This document shows positions 12,948 to 23,639 of a DNA stretch of 64,000 nt, one piece after another (position 1 is the stretch's first letter; every line of letters begins with the position of its first letter). The position numbers and the translations under genes were made by a program. Origin of the DNA: Alloascoidea hylecoeti (taxonomy: Eukaryota); assembly GCA_001600815.1 (NCBI GenBank), contig BCKZ01000004.1:1205566-1269565 (forward strand), given 5' to 3'. Below the pieces are notes generated by a model. The model saw only the letters and a program-made list of their open reading frames with translations. It was not told the DNA's origin and did not search any database.

Positions 12948-14177
12948 ATGAATTCACTTGTTAGATCGTCTCCCGAAGAATCTCCAAGATTGAAAAGAGC
13001 TAAATTATCTGCTCAAACCGGCTCGGTTTCTGATCTTGATCGTGAGAGTCTTGATTCTCAATCTATTTCTACTCAAACCAGCTTTACAAGTGTTTCAACT
13101 GCTATAATCAACGAGAATTCTAGTAAAATAAGATCAACAAATTTAACTTGTCCTTCACACACCTTATTATCAAAAATAGATGCTGACTCCGGATTACCCG
13201 TTAATACTTGTCGTCCAACTTCTTTAATCCCATCATTATCTCTTTGTTATCCTGATACTGCTCCAAGATCATGCTGGAGAAATGAAATTGATTTATGGAT
13301 GAAAAAAACTCAACCATCAAAATATAAAGAAATTTTATCAACTGCATCAAATGATTTATCAAAACCTGAATTTGAATCATTAATTTCAAAATATAAAAAA
13401 GAAAGATTAGAAAAAGAAGAATTTGAAAAAGAAAAAGAAATTAAAGATCGTGAACAATTAATTAAAGATTTGAAATATGTTTTTGAAAATCAACAATTAC
13501 AACAACAAAAACAAAATAATAATAATAATCAACAAATTGAACAACAACAAACTTATTATTCTGATGTTGATATGGATATTACTTCTGATCAAGAAATGGA
13601 TGATGAATCATCTGATGATAATTCAATCCATTCAACAAATGTTATTGTACCAACATCACAAGATTATTCATCTTCATCTTCATTACTTAATACTCCAACT
13701 GTTCCTGTTTTCCCAAAACGTGAAACTTCTTTAGATATTGCTTCATTATGTTCTCAAACTCCTTTATTTCCAACTATTCCTTATACAAATCCAAAACCAA
13801 AATCATTACCAATCAAAGTATCATCATCAACAACAGTTAAATCTCATCATACTCATTATCATCAAAAACGTCGTTGTATATCATGTCTTACTGAAACTTC
13901 TCCATGTTGGAGACCAAGTTGGAATCCAGAAGTTGGTCAATTATGTAATAGTTGTGGTTTAAGATATAAAAAAACTGGTGCAAGATGTTTAAATGATAAA
14001 TGTAGAAGAGTACCTGCAAAAGGTGAATGGATAATGATGCAAAATAAATATAATGCTGTACAACAAGCATTATTAGAAAGAGGTGATATTAATGGTTCAA
14101 AAGGAATTAAATATATTTGTTTGGCCTGTGGTGATGGTGTTGAAGTTAAAGATATTGTTAAAAAACCAACAAATTAA
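12948..14177 (+). CDS. ASH1: Ash1-type GATA-like zinc finger transcription factor
   Basis: [16 protein letters not shown]...[32 protein letters not shown] is the characteristic Ash1 finger. Confidence 0.88.
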   Translation: MNSLVRSSPEESPRLKRAKLSAQTGSVSDLDRESLDSQSISTQTSFTSVSTAIINENSSKIRSTNLTCPSHTLLSKIDADSGLPVNTCRPTSLIPSLSLCYPDTAPRSCWRNEIDLWMKKTQPSKYKEILSTASNDLSKPEFESLISKYKKERLEKEEFEKEKEIKDREQLIKDLKYVFENQQLQQQKQNNNNNQQIEQQQTYYSDVDMDITSDQEMDDESSDDNSIHSTNVIVPTSQDYSSSSSLLNTPTVPVFPKRETSLDIASLCSQTPLFPTIPYTNPKPKSLPIKVSSSTTVKSHHTHYHQKRRCISCLTETSPCWRPSWNPEVGQLCNSCGLRYKKTGARCLNDKCRRVPAKGEWIMMQNKYNAVQQALLERGDINGSKGIKYICLACGDGVEVKDIVKKPTN

Positions 14178-15584
14178 TTCAAACAAGCAAGCATCATGAT
14201 ATTAAATTATCATTTCATCTCTCTTTTTTATTGTTCTTTTTGTTTATTTTACAATTTTCATTTTCATTTGCTTGTATTATCTTGGTTGGTCTTCAGTTCT
14301 CTTCAGTTAATCTGAATTTATAACCTTTATTTTTACTACTTAACTATAAAAGTTATCTTTTAACTATATCTTTAAAGCTTAAAGGTTGTTGTATTATTCA
14401 TGGTTTTGGATCTTCATTTATCTTGTATCGCAATGTTTCTTTAATGATGAATCATTAAAAAAAAAATCATTTGACTTTGCTACTTATGCTTGTTTTNTAT
14501 TTTTTTTTTTTTTTTCTCATTTGTTTCATTTGTTTTTTCATTCGATCTAATGTTATGATAAAGTACATCATAAATCATCATTACATTATATCCATCATTC
14601 CTGTTTTATTTTGTTTATTTTTTACATTTTTTTTGCTTTTTGGATTACTTTTCTCATACATCGGCCATGATCTTAACCAACAAGTTCATTCATCATATCT
14701 TCTTATACATACTTACTTTGATCATGGCCTGTATTATGAGAGTATAATATCATGTATATATCATGTACTTATCATCATGTTCATGTACATTTTAACAGAT
14801 TTTATCAATCATTTAGAAGAAATCTGAATTTGTATCATCATTATCATCATCCATTTATATCATTTTTTATCATCATATGCATCGTCATATTATCATTTGG
14901 GGTTTTGCGAAACCAACTACTGCATTATCATAACCATCATTTAAATTTATTTTGTTATTCATTTATGTTATGTTATTTTATTTAATCATTATTATTATTA
15001 CTATTATATCATATATCTTATATATATCATACTTTGTTATTATTATTTATTTAACTAGGCTTTGATCAAAATGATTGATATTTTGTTACTATATATAAAT
15101 AATTATTAAACCTTATATTTTATCATATAAATCGTTTTTTTTTTTTAGAAATTAAAGAGTATTATTTTGTTAGTCAGTTACAACTTACAATTACAATATT
15201 TATGTTTATTTTTTTGTTAGAGGTCTTTTGTTTTCATGTTGAAGAATCTTTAAAGAAGATCGATCTTTTTTATTTATTTGTTAGTTTAAATTTATATAAT
15301 TAACCTTATAATCAGTTCAGTCTATATTTAGTTTCTCTTTCTCTTAATATAGATCAGTGTATTGATTTGATTTGATTTTTATTATAAATTTTGAATTTGA
15401 ATTTGTATGATTTTGCGTTTGTGTTTGTACCCCTCCCTCGTGTTTGTATTTGTGGACTTTGTGCTATGACATAGTACTTAATTGTGTTTGTGTTTGCGTT
15501 TGTGTTTTCAATATTAGAACCTCTACATGTTGTTGTATTTGGGTTAGATCAATGCTGATTTTGATTTACAATTCTTTTCAGAGA

Positions 15585-16930
15585 TTCTAGAATATTATCT
15601 CTTACTAGTTTTAGAATAAGATGCCTTACGCTTTTACAATTATATTTTCTACGTATAATTTAAGAAACGTGAATTCGAATTACAATTGATCCTATAATAT
15701 TTTATAAGCGATTATCCTAAACTTATTAATCGTCTTTTTCTTCTTTTATATTGAAAATAATATCATAAGTGTAAGATCTCTAGTTGGAATAGAGCTTCAG
15801 CTTTTAAATACAATATTTTTTATATCATCAGTTGCGTGGCTAAAATGTTATAGTTGATAACAAATCAAGTGAAGTTATCGCAATATTTCTGAATAATGAC
15901 AATTATGACTTATATGAGATGTTATAATAAATATTATGTAGTATGTACAGATGAGATAACTTATCAGTAAATTATTATCCTAATTGAATTTTTGATTTAT
16001 CAGTCCAACTGGATGGGTTTTTAAAATTCTATGATCTGTGTTTAATCAGGTGCCATCTATAAATTTTAAGTATAGATTAAATTGATATCCTTACAAATAT
16101 TGATTGAAAATAATATCATTGCTTTAAATTTTGAAATCGATTGCCAGATGTTTAACTATTTATCGCACTTTTAATTAATTATTTATTTATGGTGTTATAT
16201 GATCTTCAGGCCTTACGTGCTTCAGCAGTGTCAGCACTCCCTCTTCTTGGTTATATCAGAACAAATCAATGATTTATTGGAAACAATACCACAGCCCATA
16301 AATCTACGTCGTAACTCAAAGCAAATATAGTTCTGTGTTAAACATGAACCAGTAATAGAGAAATGTAGATATCACTTATATTCTCTACCACTTGAGATCG
16401 GATCAACTTAGGGACGCAAAACTTATATCTCACTCAAGTCAGCTTGAAAAGTCATCAAACAGGTCTAGTCACCTAAAATATTACTCCTGTTCTCTTGTAG
16501 CGAAGATAATTCTTTTATAAGAAGAATCATGGAATCAACTTATGGATTATTTACCGGAACCTTATACTATAACATTCGGGGTTTCGGATGATACAGTCAT
16601 TTAATTTCGGACATTCTGAGTACTAATTATCGGACACTCTCACAACTTAATATATCCACCTCATAATCTGACGATTATTCAAATGAATGTCTGATTTCAA
16701 ATAATAGTCTCAAGATCAAAGTTTAAAAAAAAAAAAAAGTGTGTTTATTATCATCAAGAAAAAGAGTAGAGGACATGACAAAAGAAGTATCGATATCAGT
16801 TTTTGGTGTTTGATCTGCATTTCTGGGAATGGCCTACATGTATCTTCTCCTTTTAATTCAAAAACATTAACATCTACTTCAGTCATCATTAAAAAATTTT
16901 GAAGTTCTTGTTCTTGATAAGGCGAAATAA
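15585..16930 (+). pseudogene. Possible highly decayed leucine-rich-repeat gene relic
   Basis: Scattered LRR-like peptides in different frames (SRILSLTSFRI, FYIENNIISV, SLKNFEVLVLDK) with many stops. Confidence 0.25.
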
Positions 16931-17435
16931 GGGTGAAATAACCAATTAATATATTATATATAATCTCATTATCTGATATTCAAAAAGCTTTTTATATGAT
17001 CTTTTTAAACTTCAATGGCTAATATATATAGACAAAATTGATTGTTAGTTTTTATATATATATATATTCTACTAATTCTAAGGTGATATTATCTGACGCT
17101 AATATTTTTATTCGAATTCATTGGAGTTCATTACATTTTGATATCTTAATATCCAATTTTTATACTATATAATTAAATTTAACTAGTTTTATTAATCATT
17201 AGTATATCGTTATCAATACACATATAATAATCAGCTTGCAATTCGGAACATAATCCTTATTAATTTTTCGTAATGGTTTTAATTAACAGTTCTTAATATA
17301 TAAAAGTCAACTAGTACTATAGCTATATAAAGGTAAAACATATATGGTTAAAACATTGGCTCAAAACGCTTAGAAGAGAGAAACCTGCCGTTATGGAGAT
17401 ATGTCAAGTATTTATTAAAAAAATTACTAATAACA

Positions 17436-17553
17436 AACAATAAATTGTTTAATAATCATCTCAAAATAAATCATTTAATTTTTGAAAATCTCTTGCTTTT
17501 CCAATTTTTAATTGTTCTTCTATTTCTTCATTTGATTCTCCTTTAAGTTTTGG
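17436..17553 (-). pseudogene. Diverged inverted fragment of the 3' end of the adjacent kinase-like gene
   Basis: The reverse complement reads PKLKGESNEEIEEQLKIGKARDFQKLNDLF and matches 18263-18380. Confidence 0.85.
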
Positions 17554-18513
17554 TCAGATTTTTTGAAACACATACCCAAGAAAAGGTGGAAAATCAATGA
17601 AAACTCTTTCAGATGTACTGATAATTAATACCAAGGAAGCAAAACTAGAGGTGAACAATACAGATAAGTTTTATAGGAAGATATTTATGTTTAAATAAAC
17701 AAATAAAGATTCTTTGACACCATTAAAATTGGAGAAATTAATGGTGCAATATTCACGCCACAGAGAGTACCACTCTCAAGTTCTTGGGTTTCTAAAAACA
17801 CCCTAGAACGTATGAGTGATGATAATGGTGTATCATCCCTTCCATTGGAAGAAAATACTTAATACATATTAAAAATTTATGATCCCTATTGCGCGAATCA
17901 AGATGATGATATGCCAAAGAAGTGTATGGAACATTTTGCTACAAAATATGACACCTATTACTTGATACAGAAATGTGTGAAAATCCGATTAACTTTGTTC
18001 CAGACTTAATCTGTTTTGGATCTATTATAATTAAATCTGATTCTGACAAGCATCATGAAGATGGAGGCATTTATATATTAATGAAGAATATAACGGGAAA
18101 GACACTACATTTTACAAACGTAGATAATTGCGAAAAAGCAGTATCAAATTTAAAAATATTACATTCTCAAAATATTATTGATGGAGATATCAGAAAAGAA
18201 AATTTAATTGAAAGTTCAGATGGAACTATTTACTTTGTCGATTTTGGATTCTCCAGCAATAAACCACAAGCTAAAGGAAAATCAAATGAAGAAATAGAAA
18301 AACAACTAAAAATTGGAAAAGAAAGAGATTTTGAAAAATTAAATGATTTATTTTGTGATGGTTATTAAATAATTTATTGTTGATATTATATTTTTGTCTA
18401 CTTGTGATAATTTTGCTATTTAATGAATTTGTGTAGTTTTTGATTATTGACATGTATTATTTATACGTATATAAAATGAATAATGTAACGGTGTTGATTA
18501 TATTAATTAACTA
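17554..18513 (+). pseudogene. Atypical protein-kinase-like pseudogene, copy 1
   Basis: Kinase motifs YILKIYDP, FVPDLICFG, YILMKNITG, LHSQNIIDGDIRKENL and IYFVDFGFS, with an in-frame TAA (EENT*YILK) and frameshifts. Confidence 0.8.
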
Positions 18514-18559
18514 TATATGATAGTATAAGATTCACCACCTCTATATCTATATTCAAACT

Positions 18560-19960
18560 TATTATCATCACAAGTTTTAAAATCATCATGATCAGGGAAT
18601 TTTTTTTCAACTTCTGCATAAGGCTTTCCATTCTAATTGAGGATATTTTAAATGTATTACAGTTTGTTGAGTTATTTTTAATGTTGAAGTCTGATTCTTG
18701 GTTTAATATATAAATTCGTTAAATATAGAAAATTGATAAGTTATGTATTGTATTGAAAGTCTGATCCTGAAGAACTTATCGCTCATGATCTTCTTGGCTG
18801 AAAAAATTAAATGAACGCACATCTTGATTTAAGTGTCTTTTCCTTGCAATTTTTCATGGATTGTGGGTCTAATTTCTCTGATAAAACCCATTTACTTGGT
18901 GTAATAACTTCCTCCATTGGCAAAGATGTTCGATCTATTTTCTTTATCACATTATTTATGTAGAAGAAGTCAAGTTCTTCTTTCATTGACTCTTTGTACT
19001 TCTCGAAAGTATTTTCCACATAATTGATTTGCATTGCATCTTTTGGCTCATTTCTTCTTCTCCTAGTTAGTTACCTTTGGTAATATTATATTTCAATAAA
19101 CTTTTAGGAATATTTATTTCTCTATCAATTATATTTTTCATCTGTACCAATAACGTCTCCTTCATTTTCGGTAACAATATTTTCAATATTATCAGTTCAA
19201 CAACTTCTATCTCTGGATTCAATTCAAAATTATCACCAATATTAAAATTAACTTCCTCTGAATTAACTGATATTCCAACATAAGTTCCATAATCTCCATT
19301 AAAATCTATTTTTTGGCTGTTGGGAATTCCATATGAGCCAATTTTATCAAAATATCAGTATATTATACAAGAACTATATACTTTACCATCAATGGTCAGT
19401 ACTCCTTTCTACTAAAGCTTAGGATGAGCTGTGACCTGGAGAGTTAACAAATTCCTTACCTTGATCACTAATAACTGTTGTTATTAATTTTCCAGTTTGA
19501 GCTTTCAAATATGTATACAACTTTTTTCTGGTTGTCTTACCTATCAAACATGATTCACAATTATCAGGTTCTTTTCTTTTCTTCTTCAGTTAAGTTATTT
19601 GATTTCAATATAATATTTTGTTAAACTGGCCATATGTTTTGTAATTATTCTTTTTAAATTTAAAATTATAGTAACAGTTAAATATGAGCAATATTGACAC
19701 CCTTTACTATTGATTAATATATCTGTCTCTTTATTTTTTTCTTGAATACAGTATCCATATAATGGTTTCTTTTTCGACAATTATAGCATTTTACTATATT
19801 TCTTTTGTTATGATTATTTTTATCAGCTTCAGTTTTGTTCTTGGACTGAATACTATTCACATATAATTCATTCGCCACTTTTGCTTTTTGATCTTCATTA
19901 TTATGAGTCTCAACACACCTGCTCAATTTAATTGGGCCACCAAACAAGATAACACAGTAT
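18560..19960 (-). mobile_element. Heavily deleted Ty1/copia LTR-retrotransposon relic
   Basis: Motifs appear in copia order on the minus strand: gag zinc knuckle KCYNCRKRNH, integrase CESCLIGK, integrase core TTVISDQGKEFVN and LVER, GTYVG, then RT start ESMKEEL...PSKWVL...LKSRC. Confidence 0.85.
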
Positions 19961-20599
19961 CATATTGAGATGGTTTCAATCACGAATAATCGAGTTAAAA
20001 CATTGGGCCAAAATTTTTAAGAAAGAGGAAACTGCCTCAGTCGGGATATATAATGCTACCATTTCCGATGAAGTTAATCACAAATACATATAAAAATTTA
20101 ACCAATCCCAAGTGTAATCCTAAATTAGTATCATATAACTTACATTTTCACATCTTTAGTTTTTAGGACGGCTTAAGGCCTAAGTTATCCTATCACAATA
20201 CATACTTCATTATATCATATATATTACATACGTATACTGATTCTCTTGGATATCCTTGTGCCCTAAGAGATACGACGTAATATCGTATAAATAATAGTAT
20301 TTTGATTGATAATGTCGATATCTAGCATTCAATTCGAGAATCGAAGATTTCCGTGTACCTATTAAAACTTTCGTTCACTTTTCGCAAGAAACGTAAAATA
20401 TTAACATGAAGAGATGATGACTGGGACTTAACATATGGCTAAACTATAACTAAATGGTATAAATAGAATTAATTGTAGACCTATTTTATGTCTTTATATA
20501 CTTTTAACTCATAAGACTAGTAGATCTAATTCTAGATCTGATAAAACATTTAAAGACGGAAGAAAATCAATCTGTGTGGTGGCGTAGTGGTATTTTTTT

Positions 20600-21360
20600 T
20601 TTAAAAGAGCAATGAGACTATTCCACTTTTTTTTTGTTGTTGTTGTTGTTGTTGATTGATTGCAATCTTGACCTTGCTGTTATTGATGTTGTTGAGGATA
20701 ATTTGGTTACTGACCTTGCTGTCATTGTTGACCTTGAGGTAATCCAACAACTAAATCACCAGCATTATCAGGAGTTAAATGATATATATGATATAGATAA
20801 TCCTAATTCATCACAAAGATTTTGGTTTTAATTTTGCAAGACCACTTTTAGAATGTATTCCTTTACTAACAATAAAATCTAGTTTATTTTTTTTGAATTA
20901 TTGATTCGATTCTTTTTAAGAAAATTTCAGCCTCTATTTTTTTTAAAAAAAGATTCGTTTGGGGTATAGTTTATTAATGAAGAATGTGATCATACCTTTA
21001 ACATAAAGACCATGAAGCTTTATATAATCTGCATCACTATCTGCATTGTTTTCTCTAAAAACATACTATACCAATAGGGCTATAAATTCAAAATAGAAAG
21101 ATTACTGGTCTAATTCTCTTTATCGACGGATCCCTACTCGTACTCCTACGCCATCATTGTTTTTATATTTATCATTACCTGTTTTCATAAACCCATCCGT
21201 CAATTTGGCTTCTTGTTTACTCTTTTCGGATAATTTTTTAGCTTCAAAATGATAATTTCAAATATAAGCTTGTTGAGAAAAAGAAGATTTAATTGTTCTT
21301 TCTTTTTATATTGTTTTCCAGCTTTTGATCTTAATCTTTTAAAATGGTCATCACTAACAT
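20600..21360 (-). pseudogene. Smr-domain protein (YPL199C-like, DUF1771+Smr) pseudogene
   Basis: The minus strand gives DDHFKRLRSKA, SQQAY, KKLSEKSKQ, YVFRENNADSDADYIKLHGLYVK, VSKGIHSKSGLAKLKP, LCDELGL, NAGDLVVGLP and a Q-rich tail. It has many stops and frameshifts plus a ~110-bp interruption near 21070-21180. Confidence 0.8.
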
Positions 21361-22015
21361 GATTTTAATAATTTATCAGTTAGTTAATATTATTTCATTA
21401 AACATTTTATAAGGAAAAGATGGGGGATTACTTGGATGCATATAGCTATACATGTAAAGTATATAGCATACCAGGAACTCTGTTTATGTCTCTGTCAACA
21501 TAAACTACTCATTATTAGTTTATTTATATATTGATATTATAAATATTAATGTTTTATTGGACAAAATTAAAAACAAAAACATCCAAAAACACATGGGATT
21601 TTAAAAGAAAGTGTCGAGTATAATTCAAACTTTAAAATTGAAAATGGGAGAGCTGTGGCATATGTAGGACACGGAAATAGGAAACTGCACCAAGAAGCTA
21701 ATGTGCACATGTGTGTGTTACATTTGGATAAAATGATATTCGCAAATTCGAAATATCATAATTGATATAAAATATGCATTTAATCAGAAATGTGCAATTC
21801 ATATAAAATATACAATTGAAATAGAATACACGATTGATGCAAATAGACACATCTAACTGTAACAATGACACATACCCAACGTTGGTCATATAGGCCCATC
21901 CATCAATTTCAATTACAACTCCTACGATATAGCATTTTAAAAAAATCATTTCACTTAAATTCAGTTACATATGATAACTTTTACACTCAATTAAGACGAT
22001 CATTATGGTCATAAA

Positions 22016-22543
22016 CTAGTATCTATCTCTTCTATCGTTGTCATCACCATAACCACCTCTTCTATCGTTGTCATCACCATAACCGCCTCTTCTGTCATCA
22101 TCACCACCGAATCCGCCTCTTCTGTCATCGTCGCCACCGAATCCACCTCTTCTGTCATCGTCGCCACCGAATCCACCTCTTCGGTCATCATCACCACCGT
22201 ATCCACCTCTTCTGTCATCATCACCATCACGGCCACCGCCAAAACCTCTATCATTGTCATTGTCATCATCACCATGATGTCTGATCTTATTGACACCATC
22301 CTTGACACCTTGTTTGATATCATCATCAAAGTAACCTGCAGCAGCACCAGCAAGGGCACCAACAACACCACCAGCGGCTAAACCTTCTTTTTTATGACCA
22401 GTTTTTTCACCAATGTAGTTACCAGCAGCGGCACCAAGACCACCACCGGCAGCAGCACCTAGTAGAGCACCACCGATACCTCTTTCTTCAGAAAGATCTT
22501 GTCGTCTTTCGTAGTTATCGTCATCACGGCCGTAGTCACCCAT
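22016..22543 (-). CDS. Gly-zipper protein with acidic RGG repeats (paralog of the adjacent gene)
   Basis: 175 aa. An ERGIGGALLGAAAGG glycine-zipper segment is followed by ~7 tandem 10-aa DDDRRGG(F/Y)GG repeats. A TATA-like box and an AGGGG (STRE) lie upstream. Confidence 0.85.
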   Translation of the reverse strand: MGDYGRDDDNYERRQDLSEERGIGGALLGAAAGGGLGAAAGNYIGEKTGHKKEGLAAGGVVGALAGAAAGYFDDDIKQGVKDGVNKIRHHGDDDNDNDRGFGGGRDGDDDRRGGYGGDDDRRGGFGGDDDRRGGFGGDDDRRGGFGGDDDRRGGYGDDNDRRGGYGDDNDRRDRY

Positions 22544-23090
22544 TTTTGAATTAGAGTTTTTTATAAGTTTTTAACAAGGAAGTGAAAAGTGTATAAGATC
22601 AATTGCAATTGAAACTGAATGAAGAGATAGAAAAAGGGGATAAAGAGTGGTATTTATAATAAGTGGAGAGTATTCATCCATGGTTTGAGATTGATTACAG
22701 CTGCAAATCGCCGCCCGGATAAATCAAAACCGAAACCGGACTCGTGAAATCGCCGTTAAAACCAAAATCCGTGGAGTTATAACAAATTACGCATATAATC
22801 GAACATTGAAACGGGATTTCTCCAACATCCAATTTACATGTAAATAGCTGAAAGTGCATAATAGCAACTTTGTAGATATATTACATGCATACGTATCGCA
22901 CGTCTATGTGATCTGGCAGGTGTCAATTATCGTTCTTCTTTATCATTTAAAACACCAATTCTAGACTTCTTGAAACCATCTCCTACTTGAAAATTGGTTG
23001 GTTTTGGAAATTGCAATTGTTATTACTTCATTCTAATCGTAATCACATAATTGTATTATAGCCCATAACAAAACTATAGGATCATAATAA

Positions 23091-23639
23091 TTACCAACGT
23101 CCACCTGGGCCTCCTTGACCTGGACCTCCATGTCCACCTTGACCTCCCGGACCTCCGAATCCACCTTGACCACCCCCATGATGACCACCTGGACCTCCAA
23201 ATCCCTGGCCACCTGGACCACCTTCTTGACCACCTGGGCCTCCGAATCCACCTTGACCACCTCCATGATGACCACCTGGACCACCGAATCCTCGCTCTTC
23301 ATGACGGCCACCTTGACCACCACCCTGATGCTCATTACGTCTGTCGTCATCACGACGACCACCCTGATGCTCATTACGTCTGTCATCATCACGACCACCA
23401 CCACCGGTGAGTTTATTCTTAATTTGATGATCAAAAAGACCAATTGCTGCACCAGCGGCAGCACCAGATTTAGTATGGCCTGTAAGTTTGCCAATTACTC
23501 CACCGGCAAGACCACCAACGACGGCTCCTCCTATACCACGTTCTCCATCACCACCTTCGTTGCTTCCTGATCCTTGATACTGGTTGTTGCCACGATCGTT
23601 TTGATTGCTATTACCGTAGAAAGAATCTGATTCACCCAT
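23091..23639 (-). CDS. Gly-rich YNL208W-like protein
   Basis: 182 aa. N/Q-rich N-terminus, GERGIGGAVVGGLAG glycine zipper, GFGGPGG repeats and a terminal GGRW, which is the same architecture as S. cerevisiae YNL208W. Confidence 0.85.
   Translation of the reverse strand: MGESDSFYGNSNQNDRGNNQYQGSGSNEGGDGERGIGGAVVGGLAGGVIGKLTGHTKSGAAAGAAIGLFDHQIKNKLTGGGGRDDDRRNEHQGGRRDDDRRNEHQGGGQGGRHEERGFGGPGGHHGGGQGGFGGPGGQEGGPGGQGFGGPGGHHGGGQGGFGGPGGQGGHGGPGQGGPGGRW

Noticed and set aside
14471..14985. Hydrophobic ORFs downstream of ASH1
   Set aside because: They are artefacts of T-rich low-complexity sequence; one has no ATG start and neither has recognisable motifs.
20572..20600. GGTGGCGTAGTGGTA resembling a tRNA 5' end / A box
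   Set aside because: It is followed by poly-T, with no anticodon arm, B box or acceptor stem.
22009..23570. Alternative-frame ORFs over the Gly-rich genes, and the repeats as a CRISPR-like array
   Set aside because: They are shadows of in-frame coding tandem repeats; there are no unique spacers and the context is eukaryotic.
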